NCBI RefSeq assembly: GCF_009914755.1
Contig: NC_060931.1
From: the human T2T-CHM13v2.0 reference genome, Homo sapiens
Direction: 5' to 3' (one strand)
DNA length: 64,000 bases
Positions 13,980 to 26,297 of this stretch are shown one piece after another (the stretch's first letter is position 1; each line of letters opens with the position of its first letter). The notes below the pieces were generated by a model. The model searched no databases, was not told the DNA's origin, and was given only the letters and a program-made list of their open reading frames with translations. The translations under genes were made by a program, and so were the position numbers.

Positions 13980-14694
13980 TCTATAGCTTGAAGGATAAAG
14001 TTCAAACCATTTTACCTGAACACATGCACCTCCCACCTTGTCAGCCTTGCCTGGGTCACACAGAACCCAGTGCTACTACTTTTAATGTGGCCTAATCTTT
14101 CAGTCCTCCATGTTTCCCCATATACTCATTACTTGACACTCAAATGATGGAGCTTCTTAATCTCACTACCTGCTATCAGTCCTTTAAAATAAGCACAAGT
14201 TTTAGGAGCTTTTCTGGCCTCGCTAGTCTGTTCCAAGGGGCCCCTCCTGTGCCGCTGCATCACAGCATCTACCCCACTCAACTTTCATCAGTCATTTACT
14301 TCTCTTCCTCCTTGACAAGACAGTGAATTTCTTATGGCAGAGAATATATCCTTTGGATTTTTATTTCTAGCACCTATTTGGCACTCAGTAAATGTTCTCT
14401 CAGTCAGTGAACATGTGAAGCAATGATGGGCAAGGTATCCAAGTGTGGCAGAACTGACCAAAGGGAAAAAGCAAGGATCCACGATGTCAGGTTCTACAAA
14501 ACAGAAAAGAGCAGTGGTAGCTGGAAGTGAGGACTTTGAATGAACTAGAGAACCTGTATCGTGGTCATACAACATAAGAAGATCTGAATTTGAGATCCTA
14601 GTCTTTCAGTGATCAGCCTTGAGCTTCAGGTTCTCATATATCATACGTGTAAAAATACCTACATCACAAAGAGGATTAAAAACCAGAACAGACG

Positions 14695-15045
<351 letters not shown>

Positions 15046-15063
15046 CTATTTGAGGAAAATCTT

Positions 15064-15332
15064 TTTTAAAAAAGTTTTAATTTTTGGAGTACCTAGTGTA
15101 CGTCTATAAATTTATGGGTAGCATGAGATATTTTGATACAGGCATGCAATGTGTAATAATCACATCATTATAATGGGGGTATCCATCAGCCCACACATTT
15201 ATCCTTTGTGTCTCAACAATCTAGTTATACTCTTTTAGTTATTTAAAAATGTACAGTGAAATTATATTTTACTGTAGCTACTCTGTTGTGCTAGCAAATA
15301 CTAGGTCTTATTCATTCTTTCTATTTTTGAGA
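15064..15332 (-). mobile_element. 5'-truncated L1MA-type 3' end with 19-bp TSD
   Basis: ttttgatacaggcatgcaatgtgtaataatcacatc; flanked by cctatttgaggaaaatctt (15045-15063) and cctatctgaggaagatctt (15333-15351). Confidence 0.8.
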
Positions 15333-18300
15333 CCTATCTGAGGAAGATCTTAATCCTGGAAAATCATAAACTTTACTTCCCCAATTGTTTGCTTTAGCAA
15401 TTTCTATATTAGTTTTAAATTCATGAACCTCATTTCCAAGATTTTTTTTTCTGCCAAACTGTAATTCTTATAAGACTCAACTTTCACAATTTGTGTTTAC
15501 AAAGTTATTTTTAACTGCCAATCAGACATCCTAATAAGGATGACGTAACTAGTATTATAGTAGTAATTTACTTCTACCAAAAGCAAAGCATGACATTTTC
15601 ATTAGCCTGCATGGCCTTTTTGTAGGTGGATAAATAATTTGTTCAACTTTTTGAAAAAATAAAAATAGCTCATAGGACTTAGGAATACATTTTACTTTGT
15701 ACTAATTTCCTAATTAAGACTATTAATAGTACTCATTTTCTTTTTTTTTTTTTTTTTAACTAAAAGAGTACCTTAATAGCCCCTATTCTATTCCCTTTCA
15801 AGAGACACTTGTTCTGCGTTGTGGGTAATGAACTTGGAATTTGTGAACACTCCACTTGAGTTATTTCTTGCACTTGTGTCTGTACTTTCATAAAGAATGA
15901 AACACTTTTTGCGTGTTCCTTAATTGCTACCCTGTGTTAATAGCCTCCACGAAAAGCTTCAGCCCATATCTTTAAGCACTTTAGTAAAATACACCCATGA
16001 CTTCTCCTGTGCCATTTTTATGTGTATGTTTTTCACTGTTTTATTTGGTATCTCTAGCCTTCCTGAAAACTGTTTGACTTTTCAGTTAAGTAATATCTGT
16101 AATTTCCTTATTTTTTATTTTCTCATGTTTAATTTCTAACATCTGTGTCACCTTCCTTGGCCTTTCCCCCTTTCCTAAATCCTCAATTTTATTCCTCCCT
16201 CCTTCCTTTTTTGGCCTACCCCATCTTTCTGCCCCTACTCTGCTTTTCACACTTTGAACTGTTTTAAAATTAAACAATAAATGGGTATTATGTAGTACAG
16301 TCTTAATTGGATTTCACTTATTTGCATGAAGGCTTTATTGAGCACAAGTTTTCTTAGAGAACAGGGAGGATTTTTATCAGTGGTTACCTATGTAATACAG
16401 TTTAGAAGGCATGGAAGGAAACTTTATTCCATGAAAGATAATTCTTCCTTACACATAGTTTGCTGATTTCAGAGGTTTTACCGTTAAAGATTTTGTGGGG
16501 GAGTGGGGGTGGGTTAAAAGTCTGTATACTCTTAAGTTTCAAACAGCGCAGGGAGGGTTAAAGCTTGAACTCTGATTCCTTAGTGTAAATACATTTTCCC
16601 AGATCTTTGCCTCAGTTTAGATTTTAATGTGGAGAAAACAGAGGAATCTTCCAAACACTGGCTGCCTAAGGTAAGTGAAGAGGGACAAAATGAGAAGCTG
16701 AGAGCAGTTAGGAGCCCCAGAGATGAAGATCCCCTTCCTGACACATTTGCCAAGGGCTGAGAGGTTATGGAAGTGTCTTTTAAATCCGATGAATTCCACC
16801 TTTCCCTCAACCTGGCAACCATCCACTCTCCCATATCTACATGTTTTTAATATACATAGAGAAACTTATTGTTTTCACCCTCTGAAACTTTTTGAGTTGG
16901 TTTAATATTCTTTTTTCCATATGATCACATTTTAAAATCTCTTCTGCCAACTTTTTTTTCTGACTTCTATTAATGTCTTATGAGGCTGCATTTCATAAGC
17001 TTTATATGTATCCTCAACCTACATATTTAGTTTATTGTAACCTCCTCCCAACCCCTCATAATTCTTTGAATCATATCATGGCATTCACTGTAGAGGGGCT
17101 AATTTGGATAAATGGATCTGATGTTTGGTGAGGGTCACATTTGTTTTCTTATGCATTCCTTGGCAGTGCTGCCATTATCAGCTAATAGATGGTCCCTTGT
17201 AAAATGTCTATATTTTATGTGGTACATTTTCTGAATGTTGGTTATTTGGAGATAGATTTAAGTGGCTGTGTTTTGTTACTATAAAATCAGCCCGGAGGGT
17301 AAAAGAAAGAAAGAAACACAGCTCTGGAAAGCATCCCTTTGGCTTAGAGAATGCAAAGGGAACCACTGCAACTCCAGGCAATCTCCTCGTGACCAGGGCT
17401 TTTTCCACCCTGTTAGGAGAATTCTTTGTGACTGAGAATCAAATGATGTCTAAAGACTTAAAAGTGAGTCAGGATGGAATGGAATGTCATCTCAGTTTTT
17501 TTTTTTCCAAGAGGGCTATAAACCATTCCACACTACCTTTTAGGAGGAAGAATTAGGTGGTGGTTGTGGGATATTTATATGTTTGTATACGGAGGGGATG
17601 ATGGTGATGGGAGGGAGTCCAGTAAACTCTATTTCCCTGGATAAAACATTTAATACCCTCGTTTCTCCTTTGGAACTTAATGTGTATTTTTAGATTTATA
17701 GAATGTTAGAGTCCTAAACACTTGGGGAGCTGGATAGAAGTTTGGATATCATCAAATTTAACCCCTTCCTAAATGTGAGAACTTAGAATTAATAGTATCA
17801 CGGGCCAAAGATCCCTTGAAACGTGGTGGAAGACTCCACAAGTCAATGCTAAAGGCCTTCTTTTTTGGGAGGGGGAAGGTACAGCTCTCCAGACTTTTCT
17901 GGCTGACCTTATTTCGCTCTTGACTTTGGAAATGGATGGAGAATCTGGAGTTTGACTCAGTCAAATCTGGTTTGCTCCTCGGACTCCCTGACTCATCCCT
18001 GTCCTGCCCAATTTCCTGCTTGCCTTTGGGTCAGACTGAGTTCTGCTCTGTACTTTGCCCACTTGGGTTCTATTCTTATCTCCTCTTAGCTTTGGCTCTC
18101 CAGCATGGACTTTGCTTGAGTCTTTGATCTTGCATCAACTGATGTTTCTAGTAAGGGCCGACACCACCTCTCTCCCAGTGCTGACAGATGACATCCCTGC
18201 TGAGTCCCGATTTCCACCAGCTGTTTAGCGTTCTGGATCATTCCCTGTTGACCAGCTGCTTCTGGCCATCCTCACCTGGACAATCTGCAGTAGTTTTGGC

Positions 18301-18517
18301 ATGTTGCTCACTGCTTCCATTGGCTGACGGTACCTACCTTAGTTCTAGTTTGTCATGTTTTCCCCAGTTCACACAGCTCATTGATGAGGCTCAGATTGCT
18401 ATCTTCTGATTATCAATGTCTTTTCCATAGCACTCACGGAATAATTGCTTATTCTCCTTTTCTCTAACTACACATTTTATGTTTACAATATTCCTGGCTA
18501 GGAAAAGAAACTAAGTG

Positions 18518-18522
<5 letters not shown>

Positions 18523-18565
<43 letters not shown>

Positions 18566-18579
18566 GTCACACATACACA
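18523..18579. repeat. (TC)n-(CA)n compound microsatellite
   Basis: Perfect (TC)14 followed by imperfect TC and CA units. Confidence 0.95.
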
Positions 18580-19169
18580 GAATCATATGTACACAACTTA
18601 AATCTCTAAATTTATAAATTTACATTTTCCTTTTTAAATGATTTTTCTTTCCTCTATTGTGAATTGTTTTTCTTTTCTCATTTGCTAACTTTGGAAAGAG
18701 AAAAAATCCAGACATTGGAATGTCTGAGTTTATTTAAGTCTCAGTACTCTGTTCAATTTAATGAACGGAAACAAAAAAGGAACATCAAAATGCTGGCCTG
18801 GATCTTTGTGGCTCCAGGATTGGCCCTTTTTGGTGGCCATTGATAGATAATGTATTTGAAAAATAGGAGTAATTGTTGGTTTCAACTTACTTTTTAAACA
18901 CATCAAAATATACAAATATATTCTAAAACACAGAAATTTGGAATTATGAGAAAGTGAGAGAAATTGTGAAAAACATAATTGTATATAATTTAACATTCTG
19001 TTATCTAAAATAGAGGATAAAATGGGTCTCTGAATGCACACTAACAAGCACAGGTTGTTTACTTAAATGGTTACATTTCTTAGACTAAAAAAAGTACTAA
19101 AATACTAAATATAAAATTAAAATAATAATATTTAAAATAAAAATTTTAAACTGTATATAAGTTATAGAG

Positions 19170-20340
19170 TTAAGCATCTGACCAAATATGAAATCAATGT
19201 ACTTGCCTATATAATTCAAAATGTAATGAAGAAGAGATTATATGCATGGTTAACAGCAGCAATGAAATACAACATATCTAGGGATAACAGTAACAAGATG
19301 TGTATGGGGCTTACATACAAAAAACCTATACAACTTTCTTGGCTAGGAAGACTAAATATTATAGTGAAGATGTAAAATTTTCTCATATTAACTTTCACAA
19401 AATTCAAAACACCATTTCAAGAGGATTATCTTCAGAATTTAACAAATTCTAAAGTTTATCTTCAAGTATACATGAAATTGTTTTTTAAGTACTGGAGATA
19501 ACAATCCCTGCTATATGGTAGAACAATTCTAATGTTAAAGCAACATAAATAAATTGAAAATATAAGGTGGGAAATATATTTCCAAGAATAACTGCAGATA
19601 ATAGTAGTTATTTTACAAAGAGACTATTAAAATAGGTCAGTAAAAAATTATAACAACCTCAATGTATTAACTTGAAATACTTCACAAAAACTGAAAACGT
19701 AAGGTCAAATTCATGTATGAAAAGTATTGTCTTACTAGAAATTAAATATAACCAAATAAAATGGCTGAAACATGTTTTTCTCTTTTTAATCATTCACATG
19801 CTTATAAAAATGAATAATAATTAGTGTTGCGTAAGACATAGTAAGACATACAGGTTCATTCCCTGCTGTGCAAAAAGCAATTGTTCAATAGGCATATAGA
19901 GCCTTAAAGTGTCATTCTTAGTGACTCGATAATTCTATTTTGAAATATTCATTCTTGGAGTCCTACGTAAATGTCTTTAGAGGAATCAAGATAAAGACAA
20001 TGATAAGTACACAATTGCAGAGTTGTTCACAATCATGAAATAGTGCAAAGCACATACACATCTGGCATTAGAGAAACAAATAAAAGCTTACTTTGGAATA
20101 TTCTGTATTCACTAAAAATTAAATTTGCCACAGATCTTTTTTACTGCATGGGAAATGCTTATTACATCAGACTAATTTAAAGGCATAATTATAAACTATG
20201 CTAGCAACGGCATAAAGGAATAGCACCAAAGAAGGAAGTAAAGCTAATATTAACCGTGGTTGTCTCTCCATAGAATTATAGGTAATTGTTTCACATCTTT
20301 ATATTTCCCACTGTTTTCCACGTTTTTTAATGTGAACATC
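19170..20340 (+). mobile_element. Ancient L1ME-type ORF2/3' remnant
   Basis: aaatcaatgtacttgcctat, ggaagactaaatattatagtgaagatg and aacaaattctaaagtttatc resemble highly decayed L1 ORF2. Confidence 0.55.
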
Positions 20341-20421
20341 TCAGTAATCAATGAATTGATGAAGCTAACAAATAGCTTTGGAATATACATCCATTTTTAA
20401 GAGAGCAAACCACATAATGCC

Positions 20422-20442
20422 AATAATAATAATAATAATAAT
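20422..20442. repeat. (AAT)7 microsatellite
   Basis: Read directly. Confidence 0.9.
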
Positions 20443-21987
20443 AAAAACTTCAGGGATCTGACATAGCTGATGAGCACTATCAGCAGTTTTATTTGTAGCC
20501 TTTTGTCGTTGAGAGCCCATAATGGCACAGAACATGGAGGTCAAAATATAGGTAAGAAGTGCCTTCTGTTATTGATTTATGGAAATGCCTTCTGTTATTA
20601 ATTCATGTTCTTGACTTTCACTTTGCGTGAATATCAATGCCACATGTATCTGAGTATTTTCTAGCTTTATGTTACTCAGGAGAAATGGCTAAATTCTTAT
20701 AATAATGTGTTATACAATTGACTTCTTTTCAGTTGTAGTTTTCTTCCTTACAAATGCATTGAGAAAGTTGTATATTTTTCTTTCTTTGATTTTTCTATGG
20801 GAAGGAAAGTATAAACTCAGTAAGAGGGAAAAGAACCATGTTTCTTGTTTGTGTATTACAAAATGTTTCATTTTTCAGTGGGAGAGTGAATGTTCTGATG
20901 AAACACAGTCCACCAATGACTTCTGCCATAAGTAGCCGAATCCACTAACAATTTATGCATGCTGTTTGTGGTTGTTTACTGTATTGTTCAATAAATCTTA
21001 CATACTTATTTTAACAGTAATCATATGAAGCATCTTAAAGCAACATGCACATGCAAAAGCTGTACATTTGAGAAATGTCAATCATTTTCTGATAGTTGGT
21101 TACGTCATTTTTACTAAATATATCACTTTATCCCAATAGCAATAGTAGTTGGATGTGATATTTGATTGAAATATTATTTTTCAGTGCATTAAAGTTAAAA
21201 GTTAAGATTGCATTTAGTATACTCTCTTAAGTAGCCTTTATTTTTCCCACTCCATGTTTCTAAGCCTAAGGTGTTTCTGAGTCTGAAATGTTCCTTCTAT
21301 CGGTTAGCAGCAGGGACTGAGTTTTTGATAGTACTTTTGACCCCCTCCCAAAAGTCCTCTGAAAGTTAGAAGAGTGTGGCTGTGATCCACAAATGCACTA
21401 GGAGGAGCAGAAAAAAAAAATGGTGGCATGATTTAACCAGGGACAAGTAATTGTTTTCTAATTTGCCAGCTCAGTTTGAGTTACATGTTTGAATGCAAAT
21501 AACCCCCTTGGGGCATATCCAAAAAGAAATTAATTTAGGAACTCACTCAGAGATATTATTGCAAATGGTCTAGTTTTATAATTTGGTGCATGGAGTCCAA
21601 GGGTGGCCAATCAGGTAAGTAAGAGTCCTTGGGTGGCTGACAGGGTGGGTAAAAACCTAACTTTTACTTGAGTTATAGTGATTAAATGTAAAATTTCTGT
21701 CTCATATTTCTCCCCCATTCTTTTACCATTTCCCCTTCTCTCTCTCTCTCTCAGCTACTATTATGTTTGGTAGGCCACCTGGAGGAAAATCATGCCCGCT
21801 TCTCCCCCTTTCCCTATGTCAAGCTGTAGTTTAGCTGGTAACATAAAACAATCAAGGAATGTTTAATTAATGTCAGGGATACCCATGTTATGCTGAAAAA
21901 TATAAATTATTTAAAGTAGTTTACTTAATTACTAAATGACACAGTTAATAGAAGATTTGAGAAGATTCAGAAACAGCATAGAGTAGT

Positions 21988-22450
21988 ATGTTAGGGTTTG
22001 CCTAGAAGCAAAACGAATCTGGGGTCTTGGGTACCATTAATTTTTTAGGGAGAGGATTCCAAGAAATGGTATTGAGTGTGGGGGGCAGAGGGGCAGGGAA
22101 GTGAGGCAGATAAACAGTTTGCCATTTTGGGTAGCTGGGGCTCAGTCATGTTGGGAACAGTCTAAAAACTGTGTGTACATACTTTGGAATCATGTAACCA
22201 GAGGGTGTGGATGTTAGGGCATTTATCCCCCAACTACTATCCTCCAGTGTTTGATGGTTTCCCCTGGAGGTGCCATCCAGCACACTCGCATAGTTTTGGG
22301 AAAAGCCACATGCAAAGAAGAGGTGCAGGCGTTTGGAAAGGAAAGCTGTCAGCAGCATGGAACTGTTTATACTTCCAGTAAACAATAGACAACCCAGACC
22401 AGCTCAGGTTGGTCAGGGGATGTGGGATGGGGCATCTGTAGCCTCTACAG
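21988..22450. mobile_element. MaLR MLT1-type solo LTR
   Basis: ttagggtttgcctagaagca...gggtagctggggctcagtc...gggcatttatcccccaact resemble old MLT1 LTRs. Confidence 0.55.
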
Positions 22451-22519
22451 CTCTGAGTGTCAGAAGACAAGAAAGGCTAAATGCAATCATGGTAGCATTG
22501 AAGCTTGAATCAAACTGCT

Positions 22520-22715
22520 CAGCTTTCAATACTTGCCCTGTCCTATTAAGACATTAGTTATGTGACTTCTGTGTTTCAGAATTTTTTCATCTATAAATTG
22601 GGGATAATGAGCTTATAATAGTAATTCCTACCTTTAAAATTGTCGAGAGAATTAAATGTGTGAATACAGTAGAGGGCCTGGCACATGGCAAGCACTTGAT
22701 AAGTACTGCATATTG
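22520..22715 (+). mobile_element. MIR SINE
   Basis: ttttcatctataaattggggataat...gagaattaaatg...gggcctggcacatggcaagcacttgataag. Confidence 0.7.
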
Positions 22716-23744
22716 TAGGGGTCTGCCAGGGCAGCAGCATAGTGTGATGGTAGTTAACTTGTCTTGAGTAACAGAGTTCACTTAATGAAGTCTAAGTTTT
22801 CACTCTTTTTGGAAGCTATGTGCCACGTTGACTTGCATTGGGTGCCCATTACTAAATCACCTTTTAAACAAAACCTTAGCAGTTCCTAAACCTTATTTCT
22901 CCTGTGCCTTCATTGTAAAGTACATTTTTTATTCACTCTGTTTAAAATAAAATCATCCTTGTTTAAACCAACATGATTGCTGTCTCTGCTAGCTTCTTGT
23001 TTTTCACGAATCTGACCAACATGACATCATCCAAGTCCTTGTTTGGGTTCAGCAATAGACACCATCCTCACTACCTGAGGTTGAAACTGAAAGCTCTGGT
23101 TGTATTATTTGACTGCCTTCAAATTCACACATTTGTGTCATTATGCAAACTGCATTTCTCCGTCTTGTTCACGAAGATATTTTGAATGACCTTGTTAGTA
23201 ACTTCGGTGAAATCCAGGAATACTTTGTCCATAGTATATCCCTCATATACCTGTTTAAAACCAAGCAAAATAGAAAATGAGATTGGCTTGGCATTATTTG
23301 CTTTAAGGAAACCATATTGGTGACTAATTCTTACTATTTCCTTTTCTAAACTTCAAAAGAGTACTTTACAATCTTTCATTCAATGAGTATGTATTGAGCT
23401 TGAACTCTGTGAAGCATCATTTCGAATCCCAGGATTTTTCCAAGAATTAACATCAAATTTACAAAATCCAGTTTCCACATCTTTAAAACGAGGCAATATG
23501 AGGCATATTACAGGATTGTTACTATGATTCAGTAAGAAATATGTGAAAGCACCTAACAGTGTCAGAGCAGAGAGGTGCTCACTACTAAGTCAGTTTCCTT
23601 TCCCATGTTCAGAGAGAGTGAACCCAAATAATTGATCTATAAATAAGTCTATCAAATTATCTATCAATCCATCAATTGATTGTTTCATTCATCCATCCAT
23701 CCTAAAATTCATCCACCCTTTATTGCTCACCTCCTCTTTTACTG

Positions 23745-24020
23745 AGGTGGTATAGCAGGGGGGTGGGATGGGGTGGTAAGAGCATGGATTCTGGGGCTTG
23801 TACTGTCTCAGTTCTAATCCTGGCTCTTGCTAACTCTGTCATGTTGGTAAATCATTTAAATGTCTCTATGCTTCAGGCCCCTCATATGTAAAATGGGGAT
23901 GATAGTAGTACTTATGTTATAGGAATTAAATGTCTATGTCTATGTATATGTCTGTGTCTATGTCTATGTAAAGTACTTAAAACAGTGCCTTACACATAGT
24001 ATATGCTATAACAATATCAG
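23745..24020 (+). mobile_element. MIR SINE containing an (ATGTCT)n expansion at 23930-23969
   Basis: gtggtaagagcatggattctgg...ctcatatgtaaaatggggatgatagtagtac...aaagtacttaaaacagtgcct. Confidence 0.7.
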
Positions 24021-24575
24021 CTGTCAAATGTCAGGCTCTGTGTCAAGGCTATGTGGAACAGGGAACAAGTGAGGCTGTTTCCTGCCCCACAGTGCTTACA
24101 GTTAGTGGAGCACCACATACTCTCTATTAAGCCATGAGACTGCTTTAATTATCTGCCATTTTTTTTAAAAGATTTGGAAACCGTTGAGGAAAAAAAATAT
24201 GATGATGAGGGAAAAAATTTCTTCACAAATTGTTTTTGGAGTTCTCTTAATTTATATGCATAGTTAGATGTAATCATATGCACATAACAATTGTGAGTTC
24301 TTTTTTTGCGTTTGCTTAACGTTCTTTGTGTATATGGTATCAAGTATTTTGTGTACATTGGTTGTATTTTTTACTTCAATTGGCTCATATACTACCCTGT
24401 TGTATAAATATTTCATAGTATACTAAGGGATTTTGATTTTTTTTGGCATTTAGGGCATTTAAAATTTTTATTGTTATTAGAATTTTATTGTCATGAGAAT
24501 ATTATTATATTGAATATTACTGTACAAATGGAATGATTCAATCAAACTGAATGAAAAGATTTATAGTTCTCATTC

Positions 24576-24749
24576 TTTTTTTTTTTTTGAGACAGTCTCA
24601 CTCTGTTGCCAAGGCTGGAGTGCAATGGCACAATCTTGCCTACTGCAACCTCTGCCTCTCAGGTTCAAGTGATTCTCCTGCCTCAGCCTCCTCAGTAGTC
24701 CCTGTACTTGGAGTCCTCCTGGGACAGGTGTGAGCCACTGCGCCCAGCC
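24576..24749 (-). mobile_element. Internally deleted Alu (single-arm length)
   Basis: Right-arm sequence joined to the left-arm 5' end via a ~20-nt non-Alu filler. Confidence 0.85.
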
Positions 24750-25760
24750 AAATGTCGGCTTTTAATATCACAAACAACATTTAAACTAGTTTTTGCAAAT
24801 GAGAGCACTCATCTTAGCTTTAATGTGTTTATTCTTCAATTAATATAGAGAAACAGTATTTGAGATAAATTACTTCCATGTTTCTCATAATAATGCTATA
24901 TGTATAGGAAAGATAACATCCTCAAGGCCAATTTTATTGGATTTTATTATCATATTATACATTCATATTTATAAAATATTTGAATTATTTGAGTGATAGT
25001 TCTGTAAATAGAGATATCATCTTTAGGAGTCATTTAAAGGAAATGAATAATTTAAAGGAAACAAGACTAGTCTGGGTGGAGTTAGGGAGGGTGGACAGAG
25101 AGCAGCAAGACTGGGGAGTTGGAGTCTTATTTAGAGATTTCCAAAAGTGACTTCTTTCTGAATGTAGTAGTATTTCCTGGAAGAGCACTTCCTGTACTGT
25201 ATACATGCAAAAGCGGGTTGGATTACCTCTCTTCAGGGTTCCTTGGGTGGAATGACATTGTCGGCAAAATTTATTCTACCTTTGGAATCTTTTGGAATAA
25301 AAAATAACATTTTCTATCCTATGCCTCTTTTCTGTATACCATTTTCATGTTGGTGTATTATGTACAGTAAGAAAATAATGTTCCCATTCCTAAGACTAAT
25401 TTATGCATGGAAGGCAGCAAATGAGAAAATGGGTAAATGTAAAATAGTAAATTTTTATGCTTCACTTGAAAATTTCTTTATTTTAATAAGTTTAAATTAA
25501 ATTCAGTGGGGACATATTAAAAATAGGGTTTCAAAACAGAAAAATCAAAGAGAAGTTGTAGGCTTGTATATTCTGGCGTGTTGCTTTCCATTACCATATA
25601 CTTGAATTTAGGTTATGTTTGATATGTTGCTTAGAGTCTGAATGTGCAGTTGAAGTGACTTTAGCTTGATTATTAATCTTTCCAGTATGTCAATAGAGAA
25701 CAAATAGATTTTAGGGCAAGAAGTCTGACAACAGCATCCCCAACAAATTATTGTTTGGGC

Positions 25761-26076
25761 TTTTTTTTCCCCCACCTTTAGGAGAGAGGTTCTTGCTGTG
25801 TTGCCCAGGCTGGAGGGCAGAGGTGCAGTCATAGCTCACTGCAGCCTCAAACTCTTGGGCTCAAGGGATCCTCCTGCCTAAGCCTCCTGAGTCATTGGTA
25901 CTACAGGCATTACAGGCATACGCCACCATGCCTGGCTAATTTTTTAAATTTTTTTTTCCAGAGACAGGGTCTTGCTTTGTTGCCTAGCTTTGTCTTGAAC
26001 TCCTGGCCTCAAGTGATCTTCCCTCCTCAGCCTCCCAAAGCACTGGAATTATGGGCATGAGCCACCATGTCTGGCC
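25761..26076 (-). mobile_element. AluJ
   Basis: gtcatagctcactgcagcctcaaactcttgggctcaagggatcctcc is J-type. Confidence 0.88.
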
Positions 26077-26089
26077 TCCTAATTTCTAT

Positions 26090-26275
26090 CTAGTACTTAC
26101 TACCTGTGCCAGGCACAAAAATAAGGCTTTAATTTACATCACATATATTTTATTTAAACTTCACGAAACTTGCGCGAGGTAGGAATCATCATTATGTGCT
26201 TTTATTGATGATGAAACTAAGGCTTAAAGACTTAAGATACTGTAAGGTCATGATGGAGACAAATCCTGGCTCGCC
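26090..26275 (-). mobile_element. MIR SINE
   Basis: tacttactacctgtgccaggcac...ttttattgatgatgaaactaaggctta. Confidence 0.6.
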
Positions 26276-26297
26276 TATTTAAAGATGTATTGCTGGG

